A DNA stretch of 64,000 nt from a virus. Location: positions 32,001 to 96,000 of the IMG/VR virus record IMGVR_UViG_3300028920_000029. One strand, written 5' to 3'. Each line of letters starts with the position of its first letter. Within the stretch, counting starts at the first letter, position 1. The notes beneath the pieces were generated by a model, which had not been told where the DNA came from, searched no databases, and saw only the letters and a list, made by a program, of their open reading frames with translations. The translations under genes were made by a program, and so were the position numbers. Shown here in pieces: positions 1 through 10,283 of this stretch.

Positions 1-1
1 C

Positions 2-1012
2 ACATATACGGTTACTAAGACTTCTACAGCAACACGAACGATAACTCCCACTTATACGGCTACGCCTACGGCTACTCCGACAGCTACAGTAAGTCACACA
101 TTTACAGCTACGCCTACATTTACTCCTCAACCAACACTTATTATAGCAAAATCACAGAGTTCTGGTAGTATTTCTAATGGAGATACGTTTACATACTACA
201 TTAATTGGGAAATTACTGGTAGTTCTACAGGTATTACAATACGCGATATTTACGACGCGTCTAAGATAGACTTTTTAGCGGCTTCACCAGTACCGACTAT
301 TATTGCGACCACCCAAATAGTTTGGGATTTAGGTGAACAGCACGATACTGCAGGTGGTATAACGTTTACGGCAAGAGCGAAGGTAGGAACAGGTACGTTT
401 TCTAACGTATCTAGAATAGAGGTTGCTTCCGCGCCAGTATTTCCGTCCGCAGAAATTACCGTAGGGTTTAATACTCCAACATTTACCGCTACTCCAACGT
501 ATACTGTAACTCCTACACATACTATTTCACAGACGCATACAGTCTCTCCTACGCACACAGTAACAGAGTCTCATACGGCGTCGCCCACTATATCAAATAC
601 GCATACCATAACGCCTACGATAACAGAGACCGTAACACTTACTCCGACCTTAACGATAACTATGACACATACGGTGACACCCACATGTACAGCCACACCA
701 ACAATAAATTTAACTCCGCACTACTACTATAGTAGTTTAGATTACTTAGCGCACCCACAAAAGGTTAAGGTTACTACAACCACTGGAACAAAGATAATGG
801 AGCATCCGTGGGCTGGCGGTATAGTTTCAGTCGGTATAGCTCAACTGAGGTCTGGTCCGTTGTCACCAGCAGTGGCAGTGGATGTTCAGATAAGGACATT
901 TAATACATACACAGAGTTTAAGATAGTAGATAGTTCTGGGGATACGGTGGATTGTTCTTCAGTGAATGCTATACTAGAATACTTCGCCATACGCGAAAGG
1001 AATGAATTCTAA
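2..1012 (+). CDS. Partial (5' truncated) TPT-linker protein with a DUF11-like Ig domain and shared C-terminal domain
   Basis: The frame of the 662..1012 ORF is open back to position 2: TPT repeats, then LIIAKSQSSGSISNGDTFTYYINW...ITIRD...FLAASPVP...VWDLG (DUF11-like pattern), more TPT repeats, and a C-terminal FKIVDSSGDTVDCSSVNA segment. Confidence 0.8.
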   Translation, partial: TYTVTKTSTATRTITPTYTATPTATPTATVSHTFTATPTFTPQPTLIIAKSQSSGSISNGDTFTYYINWEITGSSTGITIRDIYDASKIDFLAASPVPTIIATTQIVWDLGEQHDTAGGITFTARAKVGTGTFSNVSRIEVASAPVFPSAEITVGFNTPTFTATPTYTVTPTHTISQTHTVSPTHTVTESHTASPTISNTHTITPTITETVTLTPTLTITMTHTVTPTCTATPTINLTPHYYYSSLDYLAHPQKVKVTTTTGTKIMEHPWAGGIVSVGIAQLRSGPLSPAVAVDVQIRTFNTYTEFKIVDSSGDTVDCSSVNAILEYFAIRERNEF

Positions 1013-1422
1013 TGACTACTTTAGAAGAAAAGTTTAAGCTTATAAAGTTGGGTGCAGAAACATTTAGGGCTGTACTTTTAGATATAGGAATTATACTAGG
1101 TATCTTGGGAGCCCTAGCACAGGGTGGAGACCTGGTATTAAAGAAGGTAAACTTTGGTAGTGGCGGTATAGATGTAGCGTACGAGGCTAAAGAAAGGAAA
1201 ACCGTTAAGTTGGAGGCTATTAGGATTGAGGGGGCTGGTACAGGTTCTACGGACAAGAAGTTAAGGTTAATGCACCCAGATAAACTAAAACAGTTATCGC
1301 TTAAGAATAAGAAAGAGCAGGATATGATAACGCTTAGAAATTGGATTTTCGGTATAATGATGTTAGGACTACTAGGATTATTTTTTAGGAAGAAAAAGAA
1401 AAGAAAAGTGGAGTATCTGTAA
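1012..1422 (+). CDS. Two-TM membrane protein with a basic C-terminal tail
   Basis: Hydrophobic segments VLLDIGIILGILGALA and WIFGIMMLGLLGLFF followed by RKKKKRK; coupled to neighbours by TAATG overlaps. Confidence 0.7.
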   Translation: MTTLEEKFKLIKLGAETFRAVLLDIGIILGILGALAQGGDLVLKKVNFGSGGIDVAYEAKERKTVKLEAIRIEGAGTGSTDKKLRLMHPDKLKQLSLKNKKEQDMITLRNWIFGIMMLGLLGLFFRKKKKRKVEYL

Positions 1423-3740
1423 TGAAGAAATTATTATTAGGAGTTATGTTACTCCTACTCAGTACCCAGATATTTGCGGCCGCTGCATATGATACCGTAT
1501 CATTTACGCAGGGAACCAATAGTACGTTTACATTTTCACATACCTGTACAGGTAATGACCTAGTACTTTTAGTATTTGTTACAATGGAACGGCAAACACA
1601 AACAGTAAGTTCTATAACTTATAATGGGGACGCCCTCACATTTGTTCGTAGGGATACCACAGCTGTAAACACCGATATTACACAGGAAGTGTGGAAAAAG
1701 GTAGACCCAGCTACTGGCGCTAACGATATAGTGGTTACCCTAACTGGTAGTGTTGATACGGTTATCGGGGCACAGAGTTATACGGGTGTATCCGATGTTG
1801 GGGCTAATACTGGAAATGCAGGTGCCTCACCCACCAATGCTTTATCCACAACTATTACAACAACTGCCGATAATTCTTATTTAGTTGGAGTTGTCGCACA
1901 AGAAAGGGGCGGCGTTACAATAACTATGTATCCAGATATGCAGCTACGTTATGCGGTACAAACGGGAGGGGGCGTGGGGGATATGTATGGTTCAGGATTT
2001 GACAGATTAGTAACTTCTACAGGAGATTATATTTTAGGATTTACAAGTAGCTCAGCTGTAGGTAGCGCTATATCCGCAGTAGAGTTATTAGAGTTTATAG
2101 CTACCCCAACAGTAACTCCAACAATAACAGAAACCTTTGAAGATACCTTGACAGTAACTCCGACTGTAACACCGACGCGTACAAATACGCCAGATTGGAC
2201 ACGTACAATAACACCGACGCTCACGATTACGCCCTATTGTTCTTTATATTACGGAGGTACTGGGTTAGATAGATTTACGGATTCATTAGTGGACTCGCGT
2301 ACAAACGAGCAGGTAATAGTAGGGTACTCAGATTCGGAGGGATATGGGGATTCTGATGTGTGGATAAGGTGGCAGGATTTGGATGGTACGCTCCTAGAAG
2401 AAAAGTTTATAGGCGGAACAGAATTTGATGCTGCTTACGCAATTTCTGAGCACCCCACCGATGGCTGGGTACTTGTTGGGCAAACCGATTCTTTTGGGGT
2501 AACGGGACAAAATATATACGTAGTTAGGGTTAACGCAGAGTATAATGTGGTATGGCAAAAATATTATGGCGCTAGCGGTAACGCTAGAGGGGCGCACATA
2601 AAAGAAATAACATCTGATGGAGAAATAACGGGGTACGTTATAGTCGGGTACACCAACGATTTTACTTCTGGGAATTTAGACGCGTATATAATTATAACAG
2701 ATGTAGAGGGTAACTGTACTAACTCACATACGTATGGCAGTACTTGGGACGATGAATTTACGTCGGTAGAATACCATGAGGACGAAAATCATTTCCATAT
2801 TACGGGATATAAATCTGTAGCCTCAGATAACAAGGATGGGTGGGTGGCTGTTATTGACGCGACGTCGTTAGCAATACTTGATGAGAATACGTATGGTGGT
2901 GACGGAAACGACGTAATATATGATTGGGATACTTCTGAAGAAGATCCAGACGTTTCGTATTGCTATGGAACTTATACTAATAGTAGTTTAGACTTTTGGT
3001 TTTTACGAGTTGGAACAGAGTCTTTGAGTTTATTAAGTTCACATACTTATGGTGGTAGTGGTGTGGAATACGGTTATAGGGGTGTTGAACTTAACGGAAA
3101 TATATATATTTCGGGGAGTACCAGTTCTTATGGCGCAGGAGGGTTAGACGCGTATGTTGTTTGGGCAGAGACAGATGGTACTGAACTACGAACTTGGACT
3201 TTTGGGGGACCAAACGATGACGAAATTTATGATTATATTACTATAAACGCACCTATTGGAGAGATACACGCTTACGGATATACAGAATCGTACGGTTCTG
3301 GTCAGGCAGACGGTTGGATTTTATGTGGGCTTGATCCGCAATTTCCACAAATACCTTTTACCGCTACTGCGACAGCGACATTTACCTCAACTGTTACGCC
3401 GTCACCAACTATAACTCCTACGGCTACAATAACGCCAGGATCAATACTTATGACTAGTGTGCACTCAAAGATGCTACACGTTACTATAGACACCGAAGGC
3501 GGTACTGGTACCGCAACATGGCAAGGGCAATTTCCGTGGACTTGGTTTAACACGTACCCGTTTATACAGTACGTAAGTATGCCAGCAGATTCTATGGTAA
3601 AAAGGAATTATACATATTTAAGTAACACGTTGTCGTTTAGCGTGGTTGACATATCAGACGGCATTACTCCAGTAGACTGTTCGTCTACTAACGCAGTATT
3701 TGACGTTTTGATATTAGCCCCATTGGAGACTAGAGAATGA
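1422..3740 (+). CDS. Secreted-type protein: signal peptide, beta-rich domain, TPT linker, YGG-x-x-x-D beta-propeller repeats, TPT linker, shared C-terminal domain
   Basis: MKKLLLGVMLLLLSTQIFA signal peptide; repeated YGG/FGG..D motifs; two TPT tracts. Confidence 0.8.
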   Translation: MKKLLLGVMLLLLSTQIFAAAAYDTVSFTQGTNSTFTFSHTCTGNDLVLLVFVTMERQTQTVSSITYNGDALTFVRRDTTAVNTDITQEVWKKVDPATGANDIVVTLTGSVDTVIGAQSYTGVSDVGANTGNAGASPTNALSTTITTTADNSYLVGVVAQERGGVTITMYPDMQLRYAVQTGGGVGDMYGSGFDRLVTSTGDYILGFTSSSAVGSAISAVELLEFIATPTVTPTITETFEDTLTVTPTVTPTRTNTPDWTRTITPTLTITPYCSLYYGGTGLDRFTDSLVDSRTNEQVIVGYSDSEGYGDSDVWIRWQDLDGTLLEEKFIGGTEFDAAYAISEHPTDGWVLVGQTDSFGVTGQNIYVVRVNAEYNVVWQKYYGASGNARGAHIKEITSDGEITGYVIVGYTNDFTSGNLDAYIIITDVEGNCTNSHTYGSTWDDEFTSVEYHEDENHFHITGYKSVASDNKDGWVAVIDATSLAILDENTYGGDGNDVIYDWDTSEEDPDVSYCYGTYTNSSLDFWFLRVGTESLSLLSSHTYGGSGVEYGYRGVELNGNIYISGSTSSYGAGGLDAYVVWAETDGTELRTWTFGGPNDDEIYDYITINAPIGEIHAYGYTESYGSGQADGWILCGLDPQFPQIPFTATATATFTSTVTPSPTITPTATITPGSILMTSVHSKMLHVTIDTEGGTGTATWQGQFPWTWFNTYPFIQYVSMPADSMVKRNYTYLSNTLSFSVVDISDGITPVDCSSTNAVFDVLILAPLETRE

Positions 3741-6223
3741 AGAAGATATTTTTAGTGTGTATATTAGTTTTTATAGCGTGTAACGTTTCGGCGTATACCT
3801 GGACAAACCCAGCAGATGTTACTACTACGTCAGCAGGCTCGGTTAGTATCGCTGCCAGTGATGCAGTAGTTATGAATGATTACCTGTATATTTTTGGGGA
3901 AGGAAACACATTAAATCCTAACGGTACGTCGAACACCTTATATACGGCTCCGTTGGCGTTTAGTACTCCGTTTGTTACAAGGCCAGAGAGGGTTACGATA
4001 TCTAGTAAGTTCGGGGATATTTTTGGGTATAGTAATAGGTTATACTGGTTTCCGCAAACTATTGAGTACGACGCTGTTCCAGGACACTGCTACGATATTT
4101 ATTCATCTATAGTTTTTGGTACGTACGTTGGAGGGTTTAGCGATATAGGAGATCTGCCTGGGTATGATACTTATCCAGGAATACTCAGAACTATGGCGCA
4201 CGACGAAACCAATAATAGATTTTATACGTTTGGCGGCGCAATATACCCCAATCAGATAACGTCAAACTATTTGAATGTTGCTTCCGACGGTACCGACGTT
4301 TTAGTTAGTCAAATACAAATACAACATTTTGCGTTTAAAAGTCTTTGGCATCCTACGTGGTTTAAGATGGGCTCAGACCTTTTTTCTACGGATTTTGCTA
4401 GGGCATTAGATTTTTATACAGTAGCAAACATCTCCGTAACTTATGGAGGTTCTGATTGGTATATACTAACTGGGCATAGTGATGGCGGAAATGATGGTAA
4501 TGGGTATGGTATTCATAGAATAGACTCAGATGGGAATACATTGGCAATAGCGGATGTAACCGAAACAACGGGCCCTGAAGACTTATTATATTCTAATAGT
4601 GCAGTATATATGTGTGGAGACTTAGGTTCGGCTGGAGCATTAGTAAGAAAGTTTGATACAGATCTTAATAGTATTGCTGCTAGGTCTACAGGTATAGCTG
4701 GAACCACAGCTTTTAATGCTTTAACCGATAATGACACATACGTTTATGCTTGTGGCTATGTATCTGCAGCAGATCCAGTTGTACTAATTTCTAAGTTTCC
4801 AAGCGACTTATCATCTGTTCAGAACATGACGGTAAATGTAGTAAATAGTGCTGCTGAGAGTTTGTATGTTGGTACATCATATGACGATAATATATATTTT
4901 GGTGGAGTTGCCAATAACAACGCGTTAGTTATGAAAGTTAATCCGCAACTTACACCAATATGGACAAGAACATATGATCAAGGTGTTACAGAGACCATAG
5001 ACAACGGAATTTTTGTAGACTCTACTGGCGGGTCGGTTTGTGTTGTTGGTGATGCTGGAGGGTCGGATTTACTATTAGTAGTATATGATCTTGACGGAAC
5101 ATGCGTTACTGCAAAAACATTTACATCTGTAGCTATGGATGGTGAGGCCGCAATGTTGGATGACTATGTATATGGTGGTAATGCATCTAAGCTGCACAAA
5201 ATAGATTTCTTAGGTACCTCCATAGTATCTAGAGCCTGGGGATACGCGTCCTCAGATGTGTATCCGTCAAATATTATCTCAGGTACGGCTATATACGCTA
5301 ACTCAATAACAGATTCTTGGACAACCACCCTACCAGTAAGGTTATACGATGCGTATGCTACAGTGTATGGAGGATATTTATATATAGCTGGGGGTAGGGC
5401 GGTTAAGGATACGTCTCTTAGTGCAGTATACTCCGTTCAGCTTAACACAGATGGCACCCTTAAAATGAGTACGTGGGCCGCACAAACTTCACTACCTGCG
5501 GGGTATTCATTTGGTAGAAGTAAAAGAGAAAACAACATTTGGTATATTTTTGGGCAGCCAGATGATTCAGCAACAACTAACCACATGGTGGTTGGCGTTC
5601 TAGATGGGGCTGGCGGTATAGATAGTTGGACTGCCGACACTTCGCATCCAGCCAATTTGGCGTACGAAGATGTGGTAGTTAACGATAACGTATTGTACAC
5701 TATCGGCGGTTTCTCGGCGATGAATGAGACCCCAGTACATAACATTTATATGTCTTCATTAGACACCCCAACCTTTACTCCTACACAAACTGTAACACCA
5801 ACAAGTAATGCGTCTCCGTCTAGTACGGGAACGCCAAGAAATACTGGTACACCTACAATTACTATGACGCCCACAATAACTCCAACGTTTAGCACAACAC
5901 CTACAATAACGCCCACACATACAAACACGCCGCACGCTATATATTATAGGACTAGCCTAAACTACATACAGGGGTCCGTTTATATAGGAACCACAACTGG
6001 CGCAAATACTGTAGATGTGTCTGCACACTGGACGTGGTTTGAAGATGGTTATAGTGTATTTACAAGCAGAGATATAGTACAGGATAACACAAATATAGTT
6101 GTTTCAGAGAATGAATCTGGGCAATACTTTACAATTACCGTAGTTGACAAGACTACAGGTGACCCTATAGACGCATCGTCTAACACATGTCGCGTCTATT
6201 ATCAGGCTTTAAGAGAGCCGTAA
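3737..6223 (+). CDS. Secreted-type Kelch/beta-propeller protein with TPT linker and shared C-terminal domain
   Basis: MKKIFLVCILVFIACNVSA signal peptide; Kelch-like YLYIFG, FYTFGG, YLYIAGG and LYTIGG motifs; TPT tract near the C-terminus. Confidence 0.8.
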   Translation: MKKIFLVCILVFIACNVSAYTWTNPADVTTTSAGSVSIAASDAVVMNDYLYIFGEGNTLNPNGTSNTLYTAPLAFSTPFVTRPERVTISSKFGDIFGYSNRLYWFPQTIEYDAVPGHCYDIYSSIVFGTYVGGFSDIGDLPGYDTYPGILRTMAHDETNNRFYTFGGAIYPNQITSNYLNVASDGTDVLVSQIQIQHFAFKSLWHPTWFKMGSDLFSTDFARALDFYTVANISVTYGGSDWYILTGHSDGGNDGNGYGIHRIDSDGNTLAIADVTETTGPEDLLYSNSAVYMCGDLGSAGALVRKFDTDLNSIAARSTGIAGTTAFNALTDNDTYVYACGYVSAADPVVLISKFPSDLSSVQNMTVNVVNSAAESLYVGTSYDDNIYFGGVANNNALVMKVNPQLTPIWTRTYDQGVTETIDNGIFVDSTGGSVCVVGDAGGSDLLLVVYDLDGTCVTAKTFTSVAMDGEAAMLDDYVYGGNASKLHKIDFLGTSIVSRAWGYASSDVYPSNIISGTAIYANSITDSWTTTLPVRLYDAYATVYGGYLYIAGGRAVKDTSLSAVYSVQLNTDGTLKMSTWAAQTSLPAGYSFGRSKRENNIWYIFGQPDDSATTNHMVVGVLDGAGGIDSWTADTSHPANLAYEDVVVNDNVLYTIGGFSAMNETPVHNIYMSSLDTPTFTPTQTVTPTSNASPSSTGTPRNTGTPTITMTPTITPTFSTTPTITPTHTNTPHAIYYRTSLNYIQGSVYIGTTTGANTVDVSAHWTWFEDGYSVFTSRDIVQDNTNIVVSENESGQYFTITVVDKTTGDPIDASSNTCRVYYQALREP

Positions 6224-6226
6224 TAT

Positions 6227-6263
6227 TCGACTTTTCATTATATATGTTGGTATACTGTATAAT
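6227..6263 (+). promoter_or_regulatory. Putative sigma70-type promoter (extended -10)
   Basis: TGGTATACT at 6248-6256 and TATAAT at 6258-6263, upstream of an AAGGAGG RBS; the -35 match is weak. Confidence 0.45.
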
Positions 6264-6283
6264 GGACTGAAAGGAGGTTCACG

Positions 6284-6916
6284 ATGGCGTGGCCAAGCAG
6301 TTATGATACTTTTACGACAGTAAAAAACAGAGGAGATTCGGTAACGGAATCTCATACGCTTACCGCATCAGCAGTAGCTTTTACTGTTACTACAGATTTC
6401 AATATACTTGAGAGTGTTTCATTTTCTGGTATATACACTACAGAGGTTACCACATCTCCAGCAGCTACACAGTTTAGGGTATACTATAGGTCTAATCAAA
6501 TTGAATTAGGGCCGTTAGCCTCTAACGCAACACTTAATATTACGTATGTTACATCTGGTAAGGCGGCTAAGGCGGACCATATCACGGATTTAAATACGGC
6601 GGTAACCAACCTACAGGAAACATTAGGTTTGAATCCTCAGGGTACTGAGGATACTTTGGTTGACAGGCTTGACGTTTTAGCGTCAACAACAGGTATGCAG
6701 GCTGAAATAGAAGATTTTACTACGGATCTTGATGGAGCAACAAATATATTTGGTTTATCTTATCAGCCAGTAGATGCTAGGCACGTTTCAGTTGAACTTA
6801 ATGGAATTCAGTTAAGGTTTAATACCGACTATATCGTTGATATTCAGAATGTTGTACTGTCGGAAAATCCGTATTCCACAGATACACTTCAGATTAAGTA
6901 CTTTAGAAGTACATAA
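6284..6916 (+). CDS. Virion structural (fibre/whisker-like) protein
   Basis: MAWPSSYD start and a C-terminal LDGATNIFGL...VELNGIQL...DY Ig-like module of the kind seen in phage fibre proteins; strong RBS. Confidence 0.6.
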   Translation: MAWPSSYDTFTTVKNRGDSVTESHTLTASAVAFTVTTDFNILESVSFSGIYTTEVTTSPAATQFRVYYRSNQIELGPLASNATLNITYVTSGKAAKADHITDLNTAVTNLQETLGLNPQGTEDTLVDRLDVLASTTGMQAEIEDFTTDLDGATNIFGLSYQPVDARHVSVELNGIQLRFNTDYIVDIQNVVLSENPYSTDTLQIKYFRST

Positions 6917-6927
6917 GGAGGCGCTAA

Positions 6928-7236
6928 ATGGCTTTTTCGGTTAGGATACATGGTGTAAGAGACATACAGGCAGGAACTATTACCAATGATAGTATTAGTA
7001 CTAGCGCCGCCATAGTAGAAAGTAAGTTAAGTTTAACGCATACTACTGCGAATCTATACAACTATGGATTACGAACAGATGAAAGTAGAACTATAGAGAA
7101 TAACGTTTATGTAACATTTCCCACCACTGGGTTTAAGTGGGTAGATTCGCAAAACGGACGAACATATTTTGCTACTATAGTAAACGGAGTAATGACTCTT
7201 ACTGAAGATGCTTCAGGAGATGCTACAGGATCATAA
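6928..7236 (+). CDS. Small virion protein
   Basis: AGGAGG RBS; fibre-like IQAGTITNDSISTSAAIVESKL segment; ends in DASGDATGS. Confidence 0.6.
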   Translation: MAFSVRIHGVRDIQAGTITNDSISTSAAIVESKLSLTHTTANLYNYGLRTDESRTIENNVYVTFPTTGFKWVDSQNGRTYFATIVNGVMTLTEDASGDATGS

Positions 7237-7251
7237 TAAGGAGCTGATATT

Positions 7252-7401
7252 ATGGGTAATGGTGTTAAGGTTCTTGACCACAAGTCGATGTCAAAAGATT
7301 TAAAATACGTGGTTAAGGAATTTAAGAAGGTAAATAAAAACGTAGTGAGGAAGGCCAATGATCTTAGGACCCAACTTGTACAAAGAATCAAAACTAGGTG
7401 A
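7252..7401 (+). CDS. Small basic protein (49 aa, not in ORF track)
   Basis: AAGGAG RBS upstream; MGNGVKVLDHKSMSKDLKYVVKEFKKVNKNVVRKANDLRTQLVQRIKTR; fills the gap between genes. Confidence 0.55.
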   Translation: MGNGVKVLDHKSMSKDLKYVVKEFKKVNKNVVRKANDLRTQLVQRIKTR

Positions 7402-7603
7402 AGAAGAGGCGTCGGCGATAGACCGAGCCAAAAAGAGAATACTTAAGAATCCTATAAAGCAATTGCCGTTGTCTAATAAGGGTGATGGTACTAATAGGTT
7501 TAACTCTAACGAGAAACCAGAACACGATATTAATTGGCAGTATACGCATGACGATATTCAGAAGGTTGATAATACCTTTAACGAGATCAAACCTTTTCTA
7601 TAA
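7358..7603 (+). CDS. Hypothetical protein, possibly head-internal
   Basis: GAGGAAGG RBS; N-terminal NLYKES resembles the NLYKIA/NLKK tag seen elsewhere in the window. Confidence 0.55.
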   Translation: MILGPNLYKESKLGEEEASAIDRAKKRILKNPIKQLPLSNKGDGTNRFNSNEKPEHDINWQYTHDDIQKVDNTFNEIKPFL

Positions 7604-7612
7604 GGCGGGAAC

Positions 7613-8287
7613 ATGACAAAACATGCACTAATCTTAAAGAAGGCTGAATACCTGATAGGCAGAGAGCTTACCAGGGTAGAAGCTAAAGAGATAGTTCAGA
7701 ACGTCAAAGTCGGGAATATGAAAGAACTTAAGGACGCAGTAGATAAGTTTGATAGAGTAAGAGATTTTACTGATGTAGGTAGCATTGTAGAGGGCAGTCA
7801 GATAAAGGATAAAACAACTAAGGAAGAACTTAACTCAGTAATCCACGATATAGCTGTTAAGGCTACCTCAGTTGATAGCGGTATGAAGTTGTTAAGGGCT
7901 TCAACTGGTAAGAGCAGGGAGAGTCTGATGAAGTATATAATGAATTTATATCTAAGGGATGCTATGATGAAAGATAAAAGAAGGAAAACAGCAGATGGTC
8001 ATAGGACAATACTAGACGGTCCAGCATCACTTACTGATAACGTATCTGATACTGATCCGTTTGTTACGCCATTTCATAATCCTGGGCAGGAAGATAACTC
8101 AACTACTCAGGTACAGGATGAGTATCAGCAATCTGGGTATACTAAGAATGAGCTTGAGACAAGGCCGTATCATAATGAAAAGAAAAGAAATAAGAAGATG
8201 AAAGATCAAATTAGGAAGTATATAGAAAACAACATTGGAAAACCTACTGGTGGAAAAGAAGATAGTGATTCCATCGGTAAGACATAA
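7613..8287 (+). CDS. Hypothetical protein, probably head-internal
   Basis: Long ORF in the operon; ILKKAE and RRKTAD putative maturation motifs. Confidence 0.65.
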   Translation: MTKHALILKKAEYLIGRELTRVEAKEIVQNVKVGNMKELKDAVDKFDRVRDFTDVGSIVEGSQIKDKTTKEELNSVIHDIAVKATSVDSGMKLLRASTGKSRESLMKYIMNLYLRDAMMKDKRRKTADGHRTILDGPASLTDNVSDTDPFVTPFHNPGQEDNSTTQVQDEYQQSGYTKNELETRPYHNEKKRNKKMKDQIRKYIENNIGKPTGGKEDSDSIGKT

Positions 8288-8298
8288 GGAGGAAGTAA

Positions 8299-8535
8299 AT
8301 GAAGGGTCAGTACACACAAAAGATTAATAGGAAATCAGGTATGAAGAGACAGGCGTTTCTTGACGACTTAGCTACAGAGGCTGTTGAAGATGCGTATAAC
8401 TTCAACTCAGTAGATGAGGCAGTTAATCACCTAACCTCTAAGTACGAGCTTTCAACTAATGAGGTTATATATCTCAAGAAGAAAGCTAAAGCTAACAAAA
8501 TTGGTTTTGTTGAGGAAAAAAGAAAGGAGAACTAG
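8299..8535 (+). CDS. Hypothetical protein
   Basis: AGGAGG RBS; MKRQAF motif; directly upstream of the terminase. Confidence 0.65.
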   Translation: MKGQYTQKINRKSGMKRQAFLDDLATEAVEDAYNFNSVDEAVNHLTSKYELSTNEVIYLKKKAKANKIGFVEEKRKEN

Positions 8536-8537
8536 TA

Positions 8538-10271
8538 GTGATTGTTGAGCAGGTTGATCCACTCAGGTTTGTAGAGGAACACTTTACATTACAGGGAAAG
8601 CCATTTATTTTACTAGATGATACCCCAGACAATGCTAGGCATTATTTGCAAGGTATGTATAATACTATTGTCTTTAGGGCACCAGTACTAAAGAAACCCA
8701 TAATTATTGTTAAGGGTCGTCAGGTTGAGATGACAACTACAATGAATAACCTAGTGGCATACTATTTAGCCAACAATAAGTTCTTTGATATTTTGTACAC
8801 GTTTCCTAAAGGGGACCAGGCTAAGCGTTTTTCTGATACAAGGTTTGATCCGTTACTTAGGTATATGAGCGCTGCAGATATACTTCCAAGACTTAAAGAC
8901 GGTACTTATAATAAATCAGTTAAGCAGTTTGCTAATGGTTCCACGTTGTTTATTTATGGTGCGGCGGATAAAGGTGATAACATTCGAAGTATTGCTGCGC
9001 AGATGCTTATAAAGGATGAGTATCAGGATATGGATAAGGCCGTAGAGGAAACGATAGATGAAACATTAACTCACTCGAAGTATAAGCTAAACATATCTTT
9101 AGGTACGCCAAAGTATACGGCCACGAGATTTGAGGAGAGATGGAAACAATCTAATATGATGTACTACAATTTGTTTTGTGAGTCTTGTGGTACACCTTTC
9201 GTATTAACCATGGATAGAATGGTTAAGGAGCATATAGTTAGGTGCCCTAAATGTAAGCATGACGCTGATAAGAGATTACTTATTCCTAACGGTAAGTGGA
9301 TGCACCACGGAGAGAAGGACGCCGACTATTTAGGATTTCACTTATCTCAGCTATACGTACCTTATATAACACTTGAGGAGTTACAAAGGAAAATAAAGCA
9401 GCGTGAGCAGGAAGGGGCCGACGTAGAGCGGTATATTAAGAACGAAATATTAGGGGAGTTTTATAGTGGTATTAGGCAGCAGCCCGACAGAAACGTTATA
9501 AGACGGGCGTTTAATAGGGAGCTACCGTATGATGTGTTTATTCCTATGCATATTAGGGTATATATGGGAATTGATTGGGGTGGTTGGAATTCTATTGACA
9601 ACAACCCAGAAAGCAGCTATACTGTAGTTAGTATAGGAGCGTTTGATAAGTTTGGTAATTTGAGAGTAAACTACATAGAAGTTATAGATGAAAAGGATGA
9701 GATGAAGCAGGTGGATAGAGTATCGCAGCTTATAGATAAGTATCACGTATATCTAGCGGTAGCCGACAAAGGTTATGGTAAAGTAAAGAATCATCACCTT
9801 AAGGTTAAGTGGGGTAATAGATTTAAGGATTGTAAGTATCTACAAGGTAGTGCTGGTACGTTATATAAAGAAGGAGATAATGGTACTATTATGATAAACA
9901 GGGATTATTCATTAGAGGAACTATATTCGTCTATGGGTAATGGTAATATGCAGATTCCGCATAACGATCGTACAGAGTGGATCATAGAGCATTTTCTTAA
10001 TCATGAGATTATGGTTGAGGAACACGGAGGAACCGTGTACAAAAGATTTGTTAAGGTTGACGGGCATAATAAAAGAACTGACGCTGTACATTCTATAAAC
10101 TATTTAAGGATAGCAGCGTTTAAAGATAATAAAGCTTATGACCACTCACCGCTTATAGGGGCAGATAAGAAAAGGCATCAGGCCCCGAGGCCTAGGTTAT
10201 CTGGATCGGCTTTGGAAGGGCCGACTATGATGAAAATCCATAAACAGTTAAAAGCTATGAGAAGGTCCTAA
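8538..10271 (+). CDS. terL: Terminase large subunit
   Basis: KGRQVEMTT Walker A-like, LIKDEYQD Walker B, GTPK coupling motif, CESC/CPKC Zn ribbon, GIDWG RNase H-like nuclease motif; adjacent to the portal. Confidence 0.92.
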   Translation: MIVEQVDPLRFVEEHFTLQGKPFILLDDTPDNARHYLQGMYNTIVFRAPVLKKPIIIVKGRQVEMTTTMNNLVAYYLANNKFFDILYTFPKGDQAKRFSDTRFDPLLRYMSAADILPRLKDGTYNKSVKQFANGSTLFIYGAADKGDNIRSIAAQMLIKDEYQDMDKAVEETIDETLTHSKYKLNISLGTPKYTATRFEERWKQSNMMYYNLFCESCGTPFVLTMDRMVKEHIVRCPKCKHDADKRLLIPNGKWMHHGEKDADYLGFHLSQLYVPYITLEELQRKIKQREQEGADVERYIKNEILGEFYSGIRQQPDRNVIRRAFNRELPYDVFIPMHIRVYMGIDWGGWNSIDNNPESSYTVVSIGAFDKFGNLRVNYIEVIDEKDEMKQVDRVSQLIDKYHVYLAVADKGYGKVKNHHLKVKWGNRFKDCKYLQGSAGTLYKEGDNGTIMINRDYSLEELYSSMGNGNMQIPHNDRTEWIIEHFLNHEIMVEEHGGTVYKRFVKVDGHNKRTDAVHSINYLRIAAFKDNKAYDHSPLIGADKKRHQAPRPRLSGSALEGPTMMKIHKQLKAMRRS

Positions 10272-10283
10272 CGGAGGTACTAT

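Noticed and set aside
7252-7603. Programmed frameshift joining 7252..7401 and 7358..7603
   Set aside because: The second ORF has its own SD and ATG and no clear slippery site; a simple overlap is sufficient.
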